Shown: in pieces, positions 18,907 through 28,660 of the stretch
Numbering within the stretch: the stretch's first letter is position 1
Layout of the letters: every line of letters starts with the position of its first letter
Origin: a virus
Taxonomy: Duplodnaviria; Heunggongvirae; Uroviricota; Caudoviricetes
Length of the DNA: 39,720 nucleotides
Reading direction: 5' to 3' (one strand)
Virus record (IMG/VR): IMGVR_UViG_2706794676_000012
Notes under the pieces: model-generated
The model's input: the letters and a program-made list of their open reading frames with translations, nothing else
Databases searched by the model: none
Told to the model about the DNA's origin: nothing
Program-made: the position numbers and the translations under genes

Positions 18907-19854
18907 TTACAGATAATCCGCGACAACCAGCTCCAGCTTGCCCTTCATCTCGTTAGAGACTGTGGCGTTACCGTCTGCGAACAGCTCGCGCTCCAGCAGC
19001 TGCACCGCCTGTTTTTCCAGCGAGGTGGGGACAACAATATGGGTGGGTTTGATGCCGAGTTTGCGGCCACCGTCAGCCTTAAAGTCACGCATGGCTGACC
19101 AGCCGTGCCACAGCGCATCCAGCGTCAGCGGTGACTGCATCATGTAGGCCATCTGCCAGAAGCCGTAGCCCACATTGCGACGGGCGGAAGCACCGAACAC
19201 AAACTCGTTATCAGTAAACGCACGGCCTTCATCGACTTTTGTCTGGGCAACCAGTTCGGCTTTGCGGCGATCCTGATAAATCAGCGGTTTTACCGCGCGG
19301 GAGCAGTCAAGCAGATACCAGGCCGGGCCGCTGTAATCCGCCTGTGCACCGACAGAGCCGGTTTTTGCCACAAACATATTGCTGACCATCTGTGCATCAC
19401 CGGAGCCATCCACTTTGGGGTAAACAGGGTGTTCGGTATCAAAGAAGTTCTGGCCGTCATAGCAGGCCGCATTCAGACCATCACGCAGTGCAGCAAAGAC
19501 CAGTTCATCCGGTTGTGCCGCAGCGGCACGACCCATTTCCTGGAATAACGGGGAGTAGATGCCGAGATTGTCGTCTTCAAAGTCATCGCGGCTAATGGCA
19601 ACGGTGCCTTCAAAGGTTTTGTTCACGATGGCGTAGCCATAGGCTTTCATCTTCTCGATGACGCGGGAGCCGATCCACTCACGGAACTGCGGGAACTGCC
19701 CCAGCCAGCCGTAGGTGTTGGATTTCGAGGTGGACGGCACGGTCATCGCAATTTTCTGGTACTGCGACGGAGCCATGGACATCCCGGCCTGAAAATCAGA
19801 ACGGTAGCCCGTCATCAGGGCGGTGATCATCGCCGGTGTAATCGGGGTAGGCAT
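18907..19854 (-). CDS. Major head subunit (Mu T-like)
   Basis: 315 aa; position after the protease/scaffold gene. Confidence 0.8.
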   Translation of the reverse strand: MPTPITPAMITALMTGYRSDFQAGMSMAPSQYQKIAMTVPSTSKSNTYGWLGQFPQFREWIGSRVIEKMKAYGYAIVNKTFEGTVAISRDDFEDDNLGIYSPLFQEMGRAAAAQPDELVFAALRDGLNAACYDGQNFFDTEHPVYPKVDGSGDAQMVSNMFVAKTGSVGAQADYSGPAWYLLDCSRAVKPLIYQDRRKAELVAQTKVDEGRAFTDNEFVFGASARRNVGYGFWQMAYMMQSPLTLDALWHGWSAMRDFKADGGRKLGIKPTHIVVPTSLEKQAVQLLERELFADGNATVSNEMKGKLELVVADYL

Positions 19855-20987
19855 TATTGCATTTCCTCTTTCATTTTCAGGAACTCGGCTTCGGTTTTAC
19901 CCAACAGACGTGCGGCGGCGATATCTTCAGCCGACAGCACAGCGGTGGCGGTCTTTTTATCCGGCACGGTTACGGTGTCGGTCTGAAGAGTGGTCAGAGC
20001 CGCAACCGGCTGGCGGGCGTCAAGCTGTGCAGAAAGTGCCGCGACGCCAATCTGTTGTCCGAGTCCTTCCATGTATCCGCGTTCGCTTTTGAAAATGCGT
20101 CCTTCGGACTCGGCCTTATCCAGCAACTGCTCCAGCGTGGTGCTGCCGTGTTGTGCCGACAGCGCGGCATATTCGGTACGCAGGGCGTTATACGTCTCAA
20201 CGGGCACATATTTCGTCAGATCAATAGTGCCGCCAGTTGGTGTGCCTTTTGCGGTTTCCAGTTCTGCCGACAGGCTGGCAACCTGCGTTTTCAGGGTGTC
20301 GTGCGCATCCGCACGGGTTTTGATCCCGGTAAGGGCAGACAGCGCCGCCGTGCCCAGTTCCGGTGTAAATTCGTCACCGTCAGCCACGGTCAGACCGAGC
20401 GCCGTCAGCAACTGGCGTAATTGCTCATTCATGGGGGATTGCTCCTGAGAAGGGGAAACGACATAGAGATCATCAGCACTGAGTGCCGCGACAGGGTTCA
20501 TACCCGTAATACCCGGATCATTCGTCAGGGAAGCCATGCGCAACAGGTAGGGTTCCCCGGTGTCAGCGAAATAATGCATATATGCAGACAGATAGGCATA
20601 TTCACGGTCATCAATATGTTTTTGTGCCTGTGGTGTCCATTCAGGTTTAATGAAAATCCCCTGACCCTCACGCCATTCGATGTTTTCCGGCTTAACCCAT
20701 CCTGCAGCAATAGCCTTGAATCCGTTTTTCTGCGCATTCACGGAGTGATGGTCATAATCAATCAGTAACGGCTGATGCAGGGCGGAAAGCCCGGCTTTCA
20801 TCCGGTTACAGGCGGATTCGTTAATCAGCCAGCCTTCAGTCGGTTTTTCCGGGCGACCGTCACGGGCCTTTACCCGACCGGCTGGCAGTAACTGACACCA
20901 TCCGTCGCCGGATGCAGTCAGCGAAGCTGAAAGCACGGCTAAACCGGAGGGGCGATTTGCGTCTTTTGGGTGATTTTCTGTCTTCAT
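19854..20987 (-). CDS. Head maturation protease / scaffold (Mu I-like)
   Basis: 377 aa; Ala-rich helical C-terminal scaffold-like region. Confidence 0.75.
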   Translation of the reverse strand: MKTENHPKDANRPSGLAVLSASLTASGDGWCQLLPAGRVKARDGRPEKPTEGWLINESACNRMKAGLSALHQPLLIDYDHHSVNAQKNGFKAIAAGWVKPENIEWREGQGIFIKPEWTPQAQKHIDDREYAYLSAYMHYFADTGEPYLLRMASLTNDPGITGMNPVAALSADDLYVVSPSQEQSPMNEQLRQLLTALGLTVADGDEFTPELGTAALSALTGIKTRADAHDTLKTQVASLSAELETAKGTPTGGTIDLTKYVPVETYNALRTEYAALSAQHGSTTLEQLLDKAESEGRIFKSERGYMEGLGQQIGVAALSAQLDARQPVAALTTLQTDTVTVPDKKTATAVLSAEDIAAARLLGKTEAEFLKMKEEMQ

Positions 20988-21164
20988 ACCGGCAGCATAA
21001 GCCGGGTATTTTTGGGGCTGGTTTTGCGGGACTTCAGAAAGTGCTGACAGGGGGGGAATGAGAAAGGCGCTTCACGCAGATTTTAAAGCCCGTTAAATAC
21101 AGGTTAGAAAATCACGACACGCGCCTGAAGGGGGTAAGGTAATACGTTTGCATACCTTAAACCA

Positions 21165-21638
21165 TTACGGCGTTTCTGTGGCCTTTTTAAAGCGTTTTCT
21201 GATTTCGTCCATGATCTCCTGTTCTGCCACCTGATCAAAGCCCATATACGGACGTGCGCCAATGGCCGCCGGTCCCGGTGGCATACCAGGCAGGCCACCC
21301 CACTGATGAATGGCTGCATAAGGTTCATTTGATCCAATCAGCGCCCAGGTATCGCCATAATCCGTGGTCAGGCGGCGGGCCAGATCGCCGTTCAGCGTCA
21401 GGATTTTGCCGGGCGTGTATCCCTTACGGGTACGCCACTCACGGTAAGGATCTGACCAGTCATGCCAGCGTTCACCATCCGGCTCTTTTTCCTGCTCAAA
21501 CGCCATTTCTGACGATGACAGAAGACTCGCCGCCACACTGCGGGCCAGGTCTTTTCCGCCGCCCACAAACTGAAGCCGGGCAAACACTCGCTGGAGACGC
21601 GTAACGTCAACAACGACAGCTGCATCAATGGATGACAT
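21165..21638 (-). CDS. Virion morphogenesis protein (Mu G-like)
   Basis: 157 aa; position after the F-like gene. Confidence 0.7.
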   Translation of the reverse strand: MSSIDAAVVVDVTRLQRVFARLQFVGGGKDLARSVAASLLSSSEMAFEQEKEPDGERWHDWSDPYREWRTRKGYTPGKILTLNGDLARRLTTDYGDTWALIGSNEPYAAIHQWGGLPGMPPGPAAIGARPYMGFDQVAEQEIMDEIRKRFKKATETP

Positions 21639-21678
21639 ATTGCCTCCGCATAAAGGATGAATATAAAATAAACAGGCG

Positions 21679-21758
21679 GTCAGTGTACGCTTAACTGGTA
21701 AAGTCGGTGCCTGCCTCCGGGTGGATCATGTATGCGGGTTCGACCCCCGCCACTGACC
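21679..21758 (+). ncRNA. tRNA-like element (acceptor stem + D-arm + canonical T-arm; no anticodon stem, no encoded CCA)
   Basis: GTCAGTG (21679-21685) pairs perfectly with CACTGAC (21751-21757); T-arm GCGGG-TTCGACC-CCCGC (21734-21750) has the canonical T-loop; D-arm-like GCTT-AACTGGTA-AAGT. Located in the F-G intergenic region. Confidence 0.3.
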
Positions 21759-21759
21759 G

Positions 21760-23091
21760 TTAATCAATTTGTCCTTCCAGCACCTCAAGCATTCCGCCCC
21801 GGATATCCGATTTCAGCTTATCCATATTGATAACCCGGTAAGCATTCACAATCACATCCAGTTTGTCGGGCTGACGTTTCAGACTGTACGGTGCATTAAC
21901 GGCAATCTGCACACTGCCATCCTGATTTTCCACGATATACATCAGATTGTTGTGCCGTTTGTCCCACAGTACCGCTTTTGGCCTTGCCAGCATTGCCGGT
22001 AAGCGCCCGAAGTCCTCCGGCGTCAGAGCGATGCCGTCATTCTGATGTTTCACACTGTCCGCATGGAGCACATTTTTACCGCTCATCGCCAGCAGGCGGG
22101 CCGGTGGCGTTCCCGTCCGGCTTTCCACTGCCTGCGCAATGCTTTCAGTCATAAAGCCCAGCGTGCGGATATCGTTACCACCTCGCCGGGTCTGCATGAT
22201 GTTTTTTGCCCAGATGCGGAACGCCAGCTGCCGCTCCGGGCTGTTGTTCATCTCCTGAACCACCATTTCCCGTAACGCCGGGCTTTTCACCTCGATCAGT
22301 TTGCGGATCAGCGCCTGGTCTGTGCCGAACGCTGCCGAGCCGGGGTTATATGACCAGCCCACATCCGGTGTCATGGTTCTGGCGCCATCTGAATATGTGG
22401 TCACCGGCATTTCTCTGACTTCTCCGGTCTGTTTATCCACGCCAGCCTCAACATTGCGGGTGGAGAGATGATCCTCACCGGATGAAACGGATAACCCCAT
22501 TGCATCCAGACGGGCCTGAGACAATGGCCGCACACGGCAGCGGCAGTTCCAGCCATTGGGCGGGTAGTGTGTTTTCCAGAACGGATCGTCATAGCGGAAT
22601 ACCAGACCGTTAAGGGCGGAATGCGACGGGCGGGTACGGCTGTCCATGACCGCCACATACTGCCAGAACGGATGCGTGTCCGTGTTGTTCATCATCTGCG
22701 TGTAACGCCCGGCATTGTAAGCCACACGGGTGTTCACGTTGTAAATCAGCGCCAGACGACGGGGACTGCCCTGCTGCACTTCTTCCGCGTTACCGTCGCT
22801 GTCCACCACAATCTGCTTTCCCCACCATCCCAGCTTTTGCAGGCGTGGCGTCAGTGTGCGGATAAATTCTTTCTGTGAAATCCCCTCATCAATGGCCCGC
22901 TGCACTTCGGCCTGTAATGTGGTTACCACATCCAGCCGTGCCGTTTTTGCTGCCGTGAATGAGCGGGCATGAACATCCGCGTCTGTTTCGAACCAGTTCC
23001 AGCTGATATGCGCCCCTTTGGCGCGGAAGTATGCCACCGTCTCTTTTGAGGGAAGCGTGGCGGCATAACCTAAATCAATCCCCTGAGCCAT
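21760..23091 (-). CDS. Minor head / head morphogenesis protein (Mu F-like)
   Basis: 443 aa; position after the portal gene. Confidence 0.75.
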   Translation of the reverse strand: MAQGIDLGYAATLPSKETVAYFRAKGAHISWNWFETDADVHARSFTAAKTARLDVVTTLQAEVQRAIDEGISQKEFIRTLTPRLQKLGWWGKQIVVDSDGNAEEVQQGSPRRLALIYNVNTRVAYNAGRYTQMMNNTDTHPFWQYVAVMDSRTRPSHSALNGLVFRYDDPFWKTHYPPNGWNCRCRVRPLSQARLDAMGLSVSSGEDHLSTRNVEAGVDKQTGEVREMPVTTYSDGARTMTPDVGWSYNPGSAAFGTDQALIRKLIEVKSPALREMVVQEMNNSPERQLAFRIWAKNIMQTRRGGNDIRTLGFMTESIAQAVESRTGTPPARLLAMSGKNVLHADSVKHQNDGIALTPEDFGRLPAMLARPKAVLWDKRHNNLMYIVENQDGSVQIAVNAPYSLKRQPDKLDVIVNAYRVINMDKLKSDIRGGMLEVLEGQID

Positions 23092-24664
23092 CCAGCATCC
23101 CCTTCATTTCCGCAGCAAACATGGCATCACTGAGCAGCGTCATCAGGCGGGAATCATCCATTTCACGGTAAAGGGCAGGCAGGTCTGCCAGTGCCTCCGC
23201 CAGCCCCCGCGTTCTGATGACATCAATGACCGGCTCCAGCACCGGATCGATGGCCTCCTGTAAGCGGCGGGCAGGCACCGCGTCCCCCATGTCGTCCAGT
23301 TCATCACGCGGCGTGTTTTTCGCTTCCGGCAGTCGGGCTGAAAGCGCCGTCTGTTCTGTCTTTTCCTGTTTTTCCGGTAGCGTTTCCCTGTCAGGCATGG
23401 CCGGTTCATTACTGCTCTGACGGACACGGAATATGGCTTCACCGGGCGTGGGCTGTGGAATACCGGTCTGATCCCGTACCCAGGGATCAGGAATATCCAT
23501 CCCCGCACTGAGTTGCATCACCGCACTGGCTATTTTGGTGATATCCCCCGGTTCTTTGGTCTGGAAACAGATACGCGGCAGGCGACGGATATCAATGGCG
23601 TGGGCGGTGTTCAGGGCATACAGCGGATACACCAGATCGCGGTTCAGGGTTGCAGCCAGCTGGCGTAAATCAGAATCCCTGATTTCCCGGCGCACCTCGT
23701 TATGCACCTCACCCAGCGAGCGCGCGCCTTTGTCTCCGGCTTCTGTGGTCAGCGTGCCGCCGAGTATTGCTTTGGAGATGGAACGCTCACCCCACGAAAT
23801 CATGGTTTCAAACGGATCGGCCTGACCGTTCGCTGCCGCCTGAAACTCCAGCGACATCCCGGCCGGGATGATCCCGCCTGTACGTCGCCCGATATCCATC
23901 ACCGCCCGCATCAGGGCACTTTTCTGCTCCGGTGTTGCCCCGGACGGGTATTTCCCGACCTTCATTGGCAGGCCGTACACCTCCAGAAATTCCGCCAGAT
24001 CGCGCACGGAATAGTTTTTGAAAATGAACGGCCAGATAAGCGTTCTGACAAGCCCCGTCGCACCACCGTAGCCGGTGCGTGAACGCGACTGATGCACTAT
24101 CCAGCCAAAGGGCTGAAACGCCACCCCGGCATGGCTGCCGTCACGCAGCCGCAGTTCGCTCAAATCATCCGGGTTAAGGCAGAAATGCCCGCTGTCACGC
24201 CAGCGGATGGCGCGGATGATGTGCATTTTACCGAGCATCCCGTGCTCAATTTCCATGCAGGAATAGCCCTTCAGGATGGCATCCGTGGCGTCAAACAGCA
24301 TGGCATCAAACCAGTCTGCGGAATGCAGATATTCGTCGAGCATTTCCGCGTCCTTTTTCTCATTCGCGCTGGCGTTCGGTGGCGGCTCAATACTCCATGG
24401 CACCCCCTGAATGGCAAGACGTCGCTTGCCCAGCTCCGCAAAAAGGTGGGTGTCCTTTTCTTCAATATCAGCGGCCAGATCGGACTGGGCAATCAGATCG
24501 CCACGTTCAGCCCCGCGAAGGCACTGCGCCGCCCGGTTCGGGGTGATACCCGAAGCCGGATGTTCAATATAACGGCTGGCAATCTGCGGAATATCCAGCG
24601 CGGCACTCTGCATCTCCGGGTCAAAGGAGAAAGGTTTTCCGTCAGTATCAATGATGCGTCCCAC
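23075..24664 (-). CDS. Portal protein (Mu gp29-like)
   Basis: 529 aa; directly after the terminase large subunit. Confidence 0.8.
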   Translation of the reverse strand: MGRIIDTDGKPFSFDPEMQSAALDIPQIASRYIEHPASGITPNRAAQCLRGAERGDLIAQSDLAADIEEKDTHLFAELGKRRLAIQGVPWSIEPPPNASANEKKDAEMLDEYLHSADWFDAMLFDATDAILKGYSCMEIEHGMLGKMHIIRAIRWRDSGHFCLNPDDLSELRLRDGSHAGVAFQPFGWIVHQSRSRTGYGGATGLVRTLIWPFIFKNYSVRDLAEFLEVYGLPMKVGKYPSGATPEQKSALMRAVMDIGRRTGGIIPAGMSLEFQAAANGQADPFETMISWGERSISKAILGGTLTTEAGDKGARSLGEVHNEVRREIRDSDLRQLAATLNRDLVYPLYALNTAHAIDIRRLPRICFQTKEPGDITKIASAVMQLSAGMDIPDPWVRDQTGIPQPTPGEAIFRVRQSSNEPAMPDRETLPEKQEKTEQTALSARLPEAKNTPRDELDDMGDAVPARRLQEAIDPVLEPVIDVIRTRGLAEALADLPALYREMDDSRLMTLLSDAMFAAEMKGMLDGSGD

Positions 24665-26331
24665 TACCAGCCCCCCCGATCAAATTCATGATATGCCTCA
24701 TCGTCATCACGATAACCGCCCTCCATTGCCCGCGACCGCTCCTGTAGCGCCTGACAGGCTGATTCATCCAGGATGAAGCCCTCCATGTATGACGCCCGGT
24801 TTGCCATACAGAGCGCCACGGCAAAATCACCATGGCGGCGGGCGTTCGCAGCCGTTGCGTTCTGGTCCTTCGTGCGCCCCTTGTCGATTTGCGGGATACC
24901 ATTCACTACCTTCACATGGCGCAAATCATCAAGCGTGGTCTGATGGCGGGCGACGAGGATATTCTGATCTTCAAACTCGGCTTTCAGTTTTGGCATCCAC
25001 TCGCCGTACCACTTCGGCGACAACATCACGCAGTCGATGATGTCCGGGCCAAAGGCCAGCAGTGCGGCCTCTGCCAGATAGCCGCCGTTACCGGTGGCGT
25101 CGAACGCCGCACCGACCAGCGCCGGAACGCGGGTCAGGATGTACATCATCACCTGTTCCTGCTGGGCATACGGCAGGTTGCGCAGCTCCACGCGAAACAC
25201 CTCGCGCTTTGCCAGGGATTCGGTGATTTCCAGCAGCACAAAGCAGGACAGGTCACCGGTGCGGGCAAAGTCTTCCCCGAAGCTGAAGCGGGAACGGGGA
25301 TTTAATTTCTCTAAAAGCGGTTTTAAATGTTCTTCACACCAGGTTAAAACTTCCGATTCACGCAGCCATGCGGCACGGCTGATGAAGTTGTCCGGGGCTT
25401 CAAACGTCAGAATCGGGATGTCGCGGATCATCGCCATTTCAATAAGCGCGTGGGGGATATAGGCACCGCCGGATTTTTTCGGGATACAGCCGTATTCCTC
25501 GTCGGCATCCTCACGGGTCGGGGCGTTTTTGTAGAGATCATCACGCCATTTCTGCTCGCTTTCCGGTGACCATTCCTGATCGGTGACGTAACAGATACGA
25601 CGGTACAGCCCGTCCGCAATGGCATCATCCAGGGTTATGCGGTGGACGCTGTAATCCTTGCGCCCCTCGCGGGCTTCCTGAATGTACTGATTAAACAGAT
25701 TATCGACGCCGTTATGCGTGGAGATAATACGCACGCGCGCGCCCCACATAGTGAGCGCCATTGCCGCCTTGAGAAGCTCATCCAGTGACTCGTGGAACGC
25801 GGCTTCATCAATCACCACATCCCCCTGAAGGCCGCGCAGGTTTGACGGACGGGAAGACAATGCCTGAATTTTGAATCCACTGTTCGGAAAGCGGATCATG
25901 TAGGTCAAAATTTCTTCTTTTTTATCCCGATCCCAGAATGTCTGCTCATACACATCAGCATCTGCCAGCTGGTTAAAGGCACGGGAGAACAGCGCGCAGG
26001 CAGAAATATATTCCAGCGCCATCTCCTGCTTTGATCCCACATAAAACACATTGCGGCCACCACGACGCTTCGGTTTTGCAGCAGTAATGACGTTACGCCC
26101 GGCTTCCGCCCAGGTAAGACCGGTGCGGCGGGATTTCTCCGCGATGCAGACCTGACTTTCATCTGCAAACCAGCGGGCCTGATAATCCAGAAACACCGGC
26201 ATATCACCGGGCAAATCAAGGCTGTCCGGCACATCCACGCCCAGCAGGGCTTTTTCACCTGACAGATCAATTTTGCGGGGAGGCGTCATTTGCATCAGTG
26301 AAGGCGACGTTTCTCTGGCTTTGTTCATCAT
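24664..26331 (-). CDS. Terminase large subunit (Mu gp28-like)
   Basis: 555 aa; ATPase-like segment ...GDVVIDEAAFHES...; position before the portal. Confidence 0.8.
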   Translation of the reverse strand: MMNKARETSPSLMQMTPPRKIDLSGEKALLGVDVPDSLDLPGDMPVFLDYQARWFADESQVCIAEKSRRTGLTWAEAGRNVITAAKPKRRGGRNVFYVGSKQEMALEYISACALFSRAFNQLADADVYEQTFWDRDKKEEILTYMIRFPNSGFKIQALSSRPSNLRGLQGDVVIDEAAFHESLDELLKAAMALTMWGARVRIISTHNGVDNLFNQYIQEAREGRKDYSVHRITLDDAIADGLYRRICYVTDQEWSPESEQKWRDDLYKNAPTREDADEEYGCIPKKSGGAYIPHALIEMAMIRDIPILTFEAPDNFISRAAWLRESEVLTWCEEHLKPLLEKLNPRSRFSFGEDFARTGDLSCFVLLEITESLAKREVFRVELRNLPYAQQEQVMMYILTRVPALVGAAFDATGNGGYLAEAALLAFGPDIIDCVMLSPKWYGEWMPKLKAEFEDQNILVARHQTTLDDLRHVKVVNGIPQIDKGRTKDQNATAANARRHGDFAVALCMANRASYMEGFILDESACQALQERSRAMEGGYRDDDEAYHEFDRGGW

Positions 26332-26576
26332 GCTTTACCTGTCAGAATGCTTTTGATTCGGGACTCAAGCTCTTCAGTCATCACGTCCACGCCGCTCAAC
26401 TCATCAGTGGCAGCCTCTGCCAGCAGCGAATGCAGTTGTTCCAGGGATATTTCCCCGGCAATGCTGAGTTCAGTCAACTCACGACATACCTTTATGGTTT
26501 CAGGAGGTAACTGTGTTGCAAGACTGAATGCTTTCTGATGGGCACTGCTCATCAGTGAGCGGTTATCTGTTGCCAT
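26328..26576 (-). CDS. Small protein (82 aa), paralog of 26587..26916
   Basis: C-terminus DELSGVDVMTEELESRIKSILTGKA closely matches the C-terminus of the upstream neighbour. Confidence 0.55.
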   Translation of the reverse strand: MATDNRSLMSSAHQKAFSLATQLPPETIKVCRELTELSIAGEISLEQLHSLLAEAATDELSGVDVMTEELESRIKSILTGKA

Positions 26577-26586
26577 GATTCACCTC

Positions 26587-26916
26587 CTACGCCTTACCCA
26601 GCAGCATCTGCCTGATACGGAATTCGATCTGCTCGCTCATGCCATCCACGCCGCGCAACTCATCGGTGACCGCATTCGCCATCTCTTCAGCAAATGCGGC
26701 CCGGATTTCTTTTTCACGCTTAATGCTGCGCTCGGCGGCACTTTCTGCACGCTGTGCCGACAGGAGGATGTCCTTAATAAGGCGCATATCCACATCGCTG
26801 TCGCTGTTCAGGGATTCGGTGGCGGCACGCAGACGGCGGTACATCAGGGCACGGGACATCTCCAGAATCAGTGCCGTGGTTTCACCGGTCGGCTTATCCC
26901 CCAGTTCGGCCATCAT
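26587..26916 (-). CDS. Small protein (109 aa), paralog of 26328..26576
   Basis: C-terminus DELRGVDGMSEQIEFRIRQMLLGKA; tandem duplicate upstream of the terminase large subunit. Confidence 0.55.
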   Translation of the reverse strand: MMAELGDKPTGETTALILEMSRALMYRRLRAATESLNSDSDVDMRLIKDILLSAQRAESAAERSIKREKEIRAAFAEEMANAVTDELRGVDGMSEQIEFRIRQMLLGKA

Positions 26917-27473
26917 GGCTTTTGTCTGCTCGCGTAAATCACGCAGNNNNNNNNNNNNNNNNNNNNNNNNNNNNNNNNNNNNNNNNNNNNNNNNNNNNNN
27001 NNNNNNNNNNNNNNNNNNNNNNNNNNNNNNNNNNNNNNNNNNNNNNNNNNNNNNNNNNNNNNNNNNNNNNNNNNNNNNNNNNNNNNNNNNNNNNNNNNNN
27101 NNNNNNNNNNNNNNNNNNNNNNNNNNNNNNNNNNNNNNNNNNNNNNNNNNNNNNNNNNNNNNNNNNNNNNNNNNNNNNNNNNNNNNNNNNNNNNNNNNNN
27201 NNNNNNCACACCCGGAACGGTGGCGCGGCCTTCCGCCACATCCTGACCCCGGCCGGTCAGTTCAGCGATGAAATAACCGTTAACAAGCGTGCGCTTACGC
27301 ACCAGTCCCTGCTCGGCAAGCCAGGCAATGTGGGTATGAACGGTGTCGCGGGACACGCGGTGACCGTAATCATCCAGGCAGTCCTGAAGCACGGATTCGC
27401 CCAGTTCGCCGTTGTAATCCGCCAGCGACCGCAGAATGACAAGACGCTGATCTTCAGTAATGAAATCACTCAT
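26913..27473 (-). CDS. Winged-helix DNA-binding protein (candidate terminase small subunit), interrupted by N-run
   Basis: N-terminal MSDFITEDQRLVILRSLADYNGELGESVLQDCLDDYGHRVSRDTVHTHIAWLAEQGLV; position upstream of the terminase block. Confidence 0.45.
   Translation of the reverse strand: MSDFITEDQRLVILRSLADYNGELGESVLQDCLDDYGHRVSRDTVHTHIAWLAEQGLVRKRTLVNGYFIAELTGRGQDVAEGRATVPGVXXXXXXXXXXXXXXXXXXXXXXXXXXXXXXXXXXXXXXXXXXXXXXXXXXXXXXXXXXXXXXXXXXXXXXXXXXXXXXXXXXXXXXXCVIYASRQKP
26947..27206. other. N-run / assembly gap (260 nt)
   Basis: Run of n. Confidence 1.
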
Positions 27474-27777
27474 TGTGTTTTTTCCTTACAGCCTGCTCCA
27501 GCAGCAGTTCGTTCTGATGGGAGACGGATTTCAGGGTGGCATTGGTGGCCTTAAGCTCACCGCGCAGGGTGGTGATTTCGATATTGAGTCTGTTCACCTC
27601 CTGCTGCGTGGGCAGGCCGGAAATCCGGCTCTCCACCCGCTCAACCCGGTCGGAGAGTTTTTCAAAGGCCTCGCGGGGGACAAAGGTTTTGCGCATCAGC
27701 GCCATGAAGATCCCCCCGGCTGTGGCCGTTGCCGACAGGATCGGCACGACATAATCTTTAACGATGCTGACCCACAT
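27466..27777 (-). CDS. Single-pass membrane protein with coiled coil (Mu gp25-like, candidate releasin)
   Basis: 103 aa; N-terminal hydrophobic helix VVPILSATATAGGIFMALM followed by a heptad-rich region; sits in the lysis gene block. Confidence 0.5.
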   Translation of the reverse strand: MWVSIVKDYVVPILSATATAGGIFMALMRKTFVPREAFEKLSDRVERVESRISGLPTQQEVNRLNIEITTLRGELKATNATLKSVSHQNELLLEQAVRKKHNE

Positions 27778-27985
27778 GACCGGCCTCCATGATGTTCTGG
27801 CAGTTCACACAACGGATGGCATCCGGCACGGCAACCAGACGGGCAGCCGGAATGTCACCCCCGCAGTCCGCGCATACACGCCTGCCCGGTGTCTCCGCCA
27901 CCCGGCGCTTACGTGTCAGCCGGTCACAAAGGGCGCGTTCTGTTGCACGCTCCATGACTGCCTGAGCACAATCTGAATCATCCAT
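27758..27985 (-). CDS. TraR/DksA-family C4 zinc-finger protein
   Basis: CADCGGDIPAARLVAVPDAIRCVNCQ; ATG at 27985 preceded by AAGGA gives 75 aa. Confidence 0.7.
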   Translation of the reverse strand: MDDSDCAQAVMERATERALCDRLTRKRRVAETPGRRVCADCGGDIPAARLVAVPDAIRCVNCQNIMEAGHVGQHR

Positions 27986-27995
27986 ACCTTTTTCC

Positions 27996-28367
27996 TTACT
28001 TCGTCTTTCCTGCCGGAACAGCAGTCGTTCCGGCCATATCAGTAAATTCATGCTGTCGCTGTGTCTCCAGACGGCGGATGCTGGCCTTGTCCACGTTGCA
28101 GTTTTTAATCACCGCCAGCAGTTGCAGGTTGTAAGTGACCGATGCACCAAACGTGAACGGCTGCGGCGCGGGAGGGACCAGGCAGTCAGCCAGCCATTCA
28201 GCGGGGATCGGCACCGGCTTCACCGGCACGTATTTCACAGACGGCCCGCCGCACCCGGTCAGCCACATCATCAGGCACAGGCACAGCGGCAGCAGGCACC
28301 GTTGCCAGTGACCGGCGGACAATGCTCTGCTGTTCCTCGCTGTGCTGCATGTTCTGCTGTTTTTCAT
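27996..28367 (-). CDS. Outer-membrane spanin lipoprotein (o-spanin, Rz1-like); start uncertain
   Basis: Lipobox LTGC after a hydrophobic stretch, proline-rich mature region; overlaps the i-spanin gene out of frame. Confidence 0.5.
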   Translation of the reverse strand: MKNSRTCSTARNSRALSAGHWQRCLLPLCLCLMMWLTGCGGPSVKYVPVKPVPIPAEWLADCLVPPAPQPFTFGASVTYNLQLLAVIKNCNVDKASIRRLETQRQHEFTDMAGTTAVPAGKTK

Positions 28368-28548
28368 TCGTGGCCGCCTTGCTGATTTGTGAAATGAGTT
28401 GCAGGGTGCGTTGCTGGTTTGCCAGCACCAGACGGGCTTCGTCCCGTTCACGCACAAGCACATGATTATTGTCCTCAAGGCGCTGCGTCTTCTGGTGCAT
28501 TCCCCATACCACGGCAGCCAGCACGCTCATCACCCCCAGCGCCGCCAT
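28198..28548 (-). CDS. Inner-membrane spanin (i-spanin, Rz-like)
   Basis: From ATG 28548 (SD GGAGG): N-terminal TM MAALGVMSVLAAVVWG then a charged helical region; the ORF-track start at 28719 overlaps the endolysin. Confidence 0.55.
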   Translation of the reverse strand: MAALGVMSVLAAVVWGMHQKTQRLEDNNHVLVRERDEARLVLANQQRTLQLISQISKAATNEKQQNMQHSEEQQSIVRRSLATVPAAAVPVPDDVADRVRRAVCEIRAGEAGADPR

Positions 28549-28660
28549 ACAGCCTCCGGCAATCAGGGCCGGTAAGGGATTGTTCACCGCAGACACAGCA
28601 CACCCCGCAGCAGCACAACGGCACACAGCAGCGCAATCATGAGCGGTCGCCAGAAGCGGT

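Noticed and set aside
19857-20448. Plus-strand ORFs 19857..20420 and 19990..20448
   Set aside because: Antisense to the protease/scaffold gene; Ser/Ala/Arg-rich composition typical of GC-rich antisense frames.
21679-21758. A functional canonical tRNA gene
   Set aside because: No anticodon stem can be formed, the acceptor-to-D-arm linker is 3 nt, and CCA is not encoded; kept only as a tRNA-like element.
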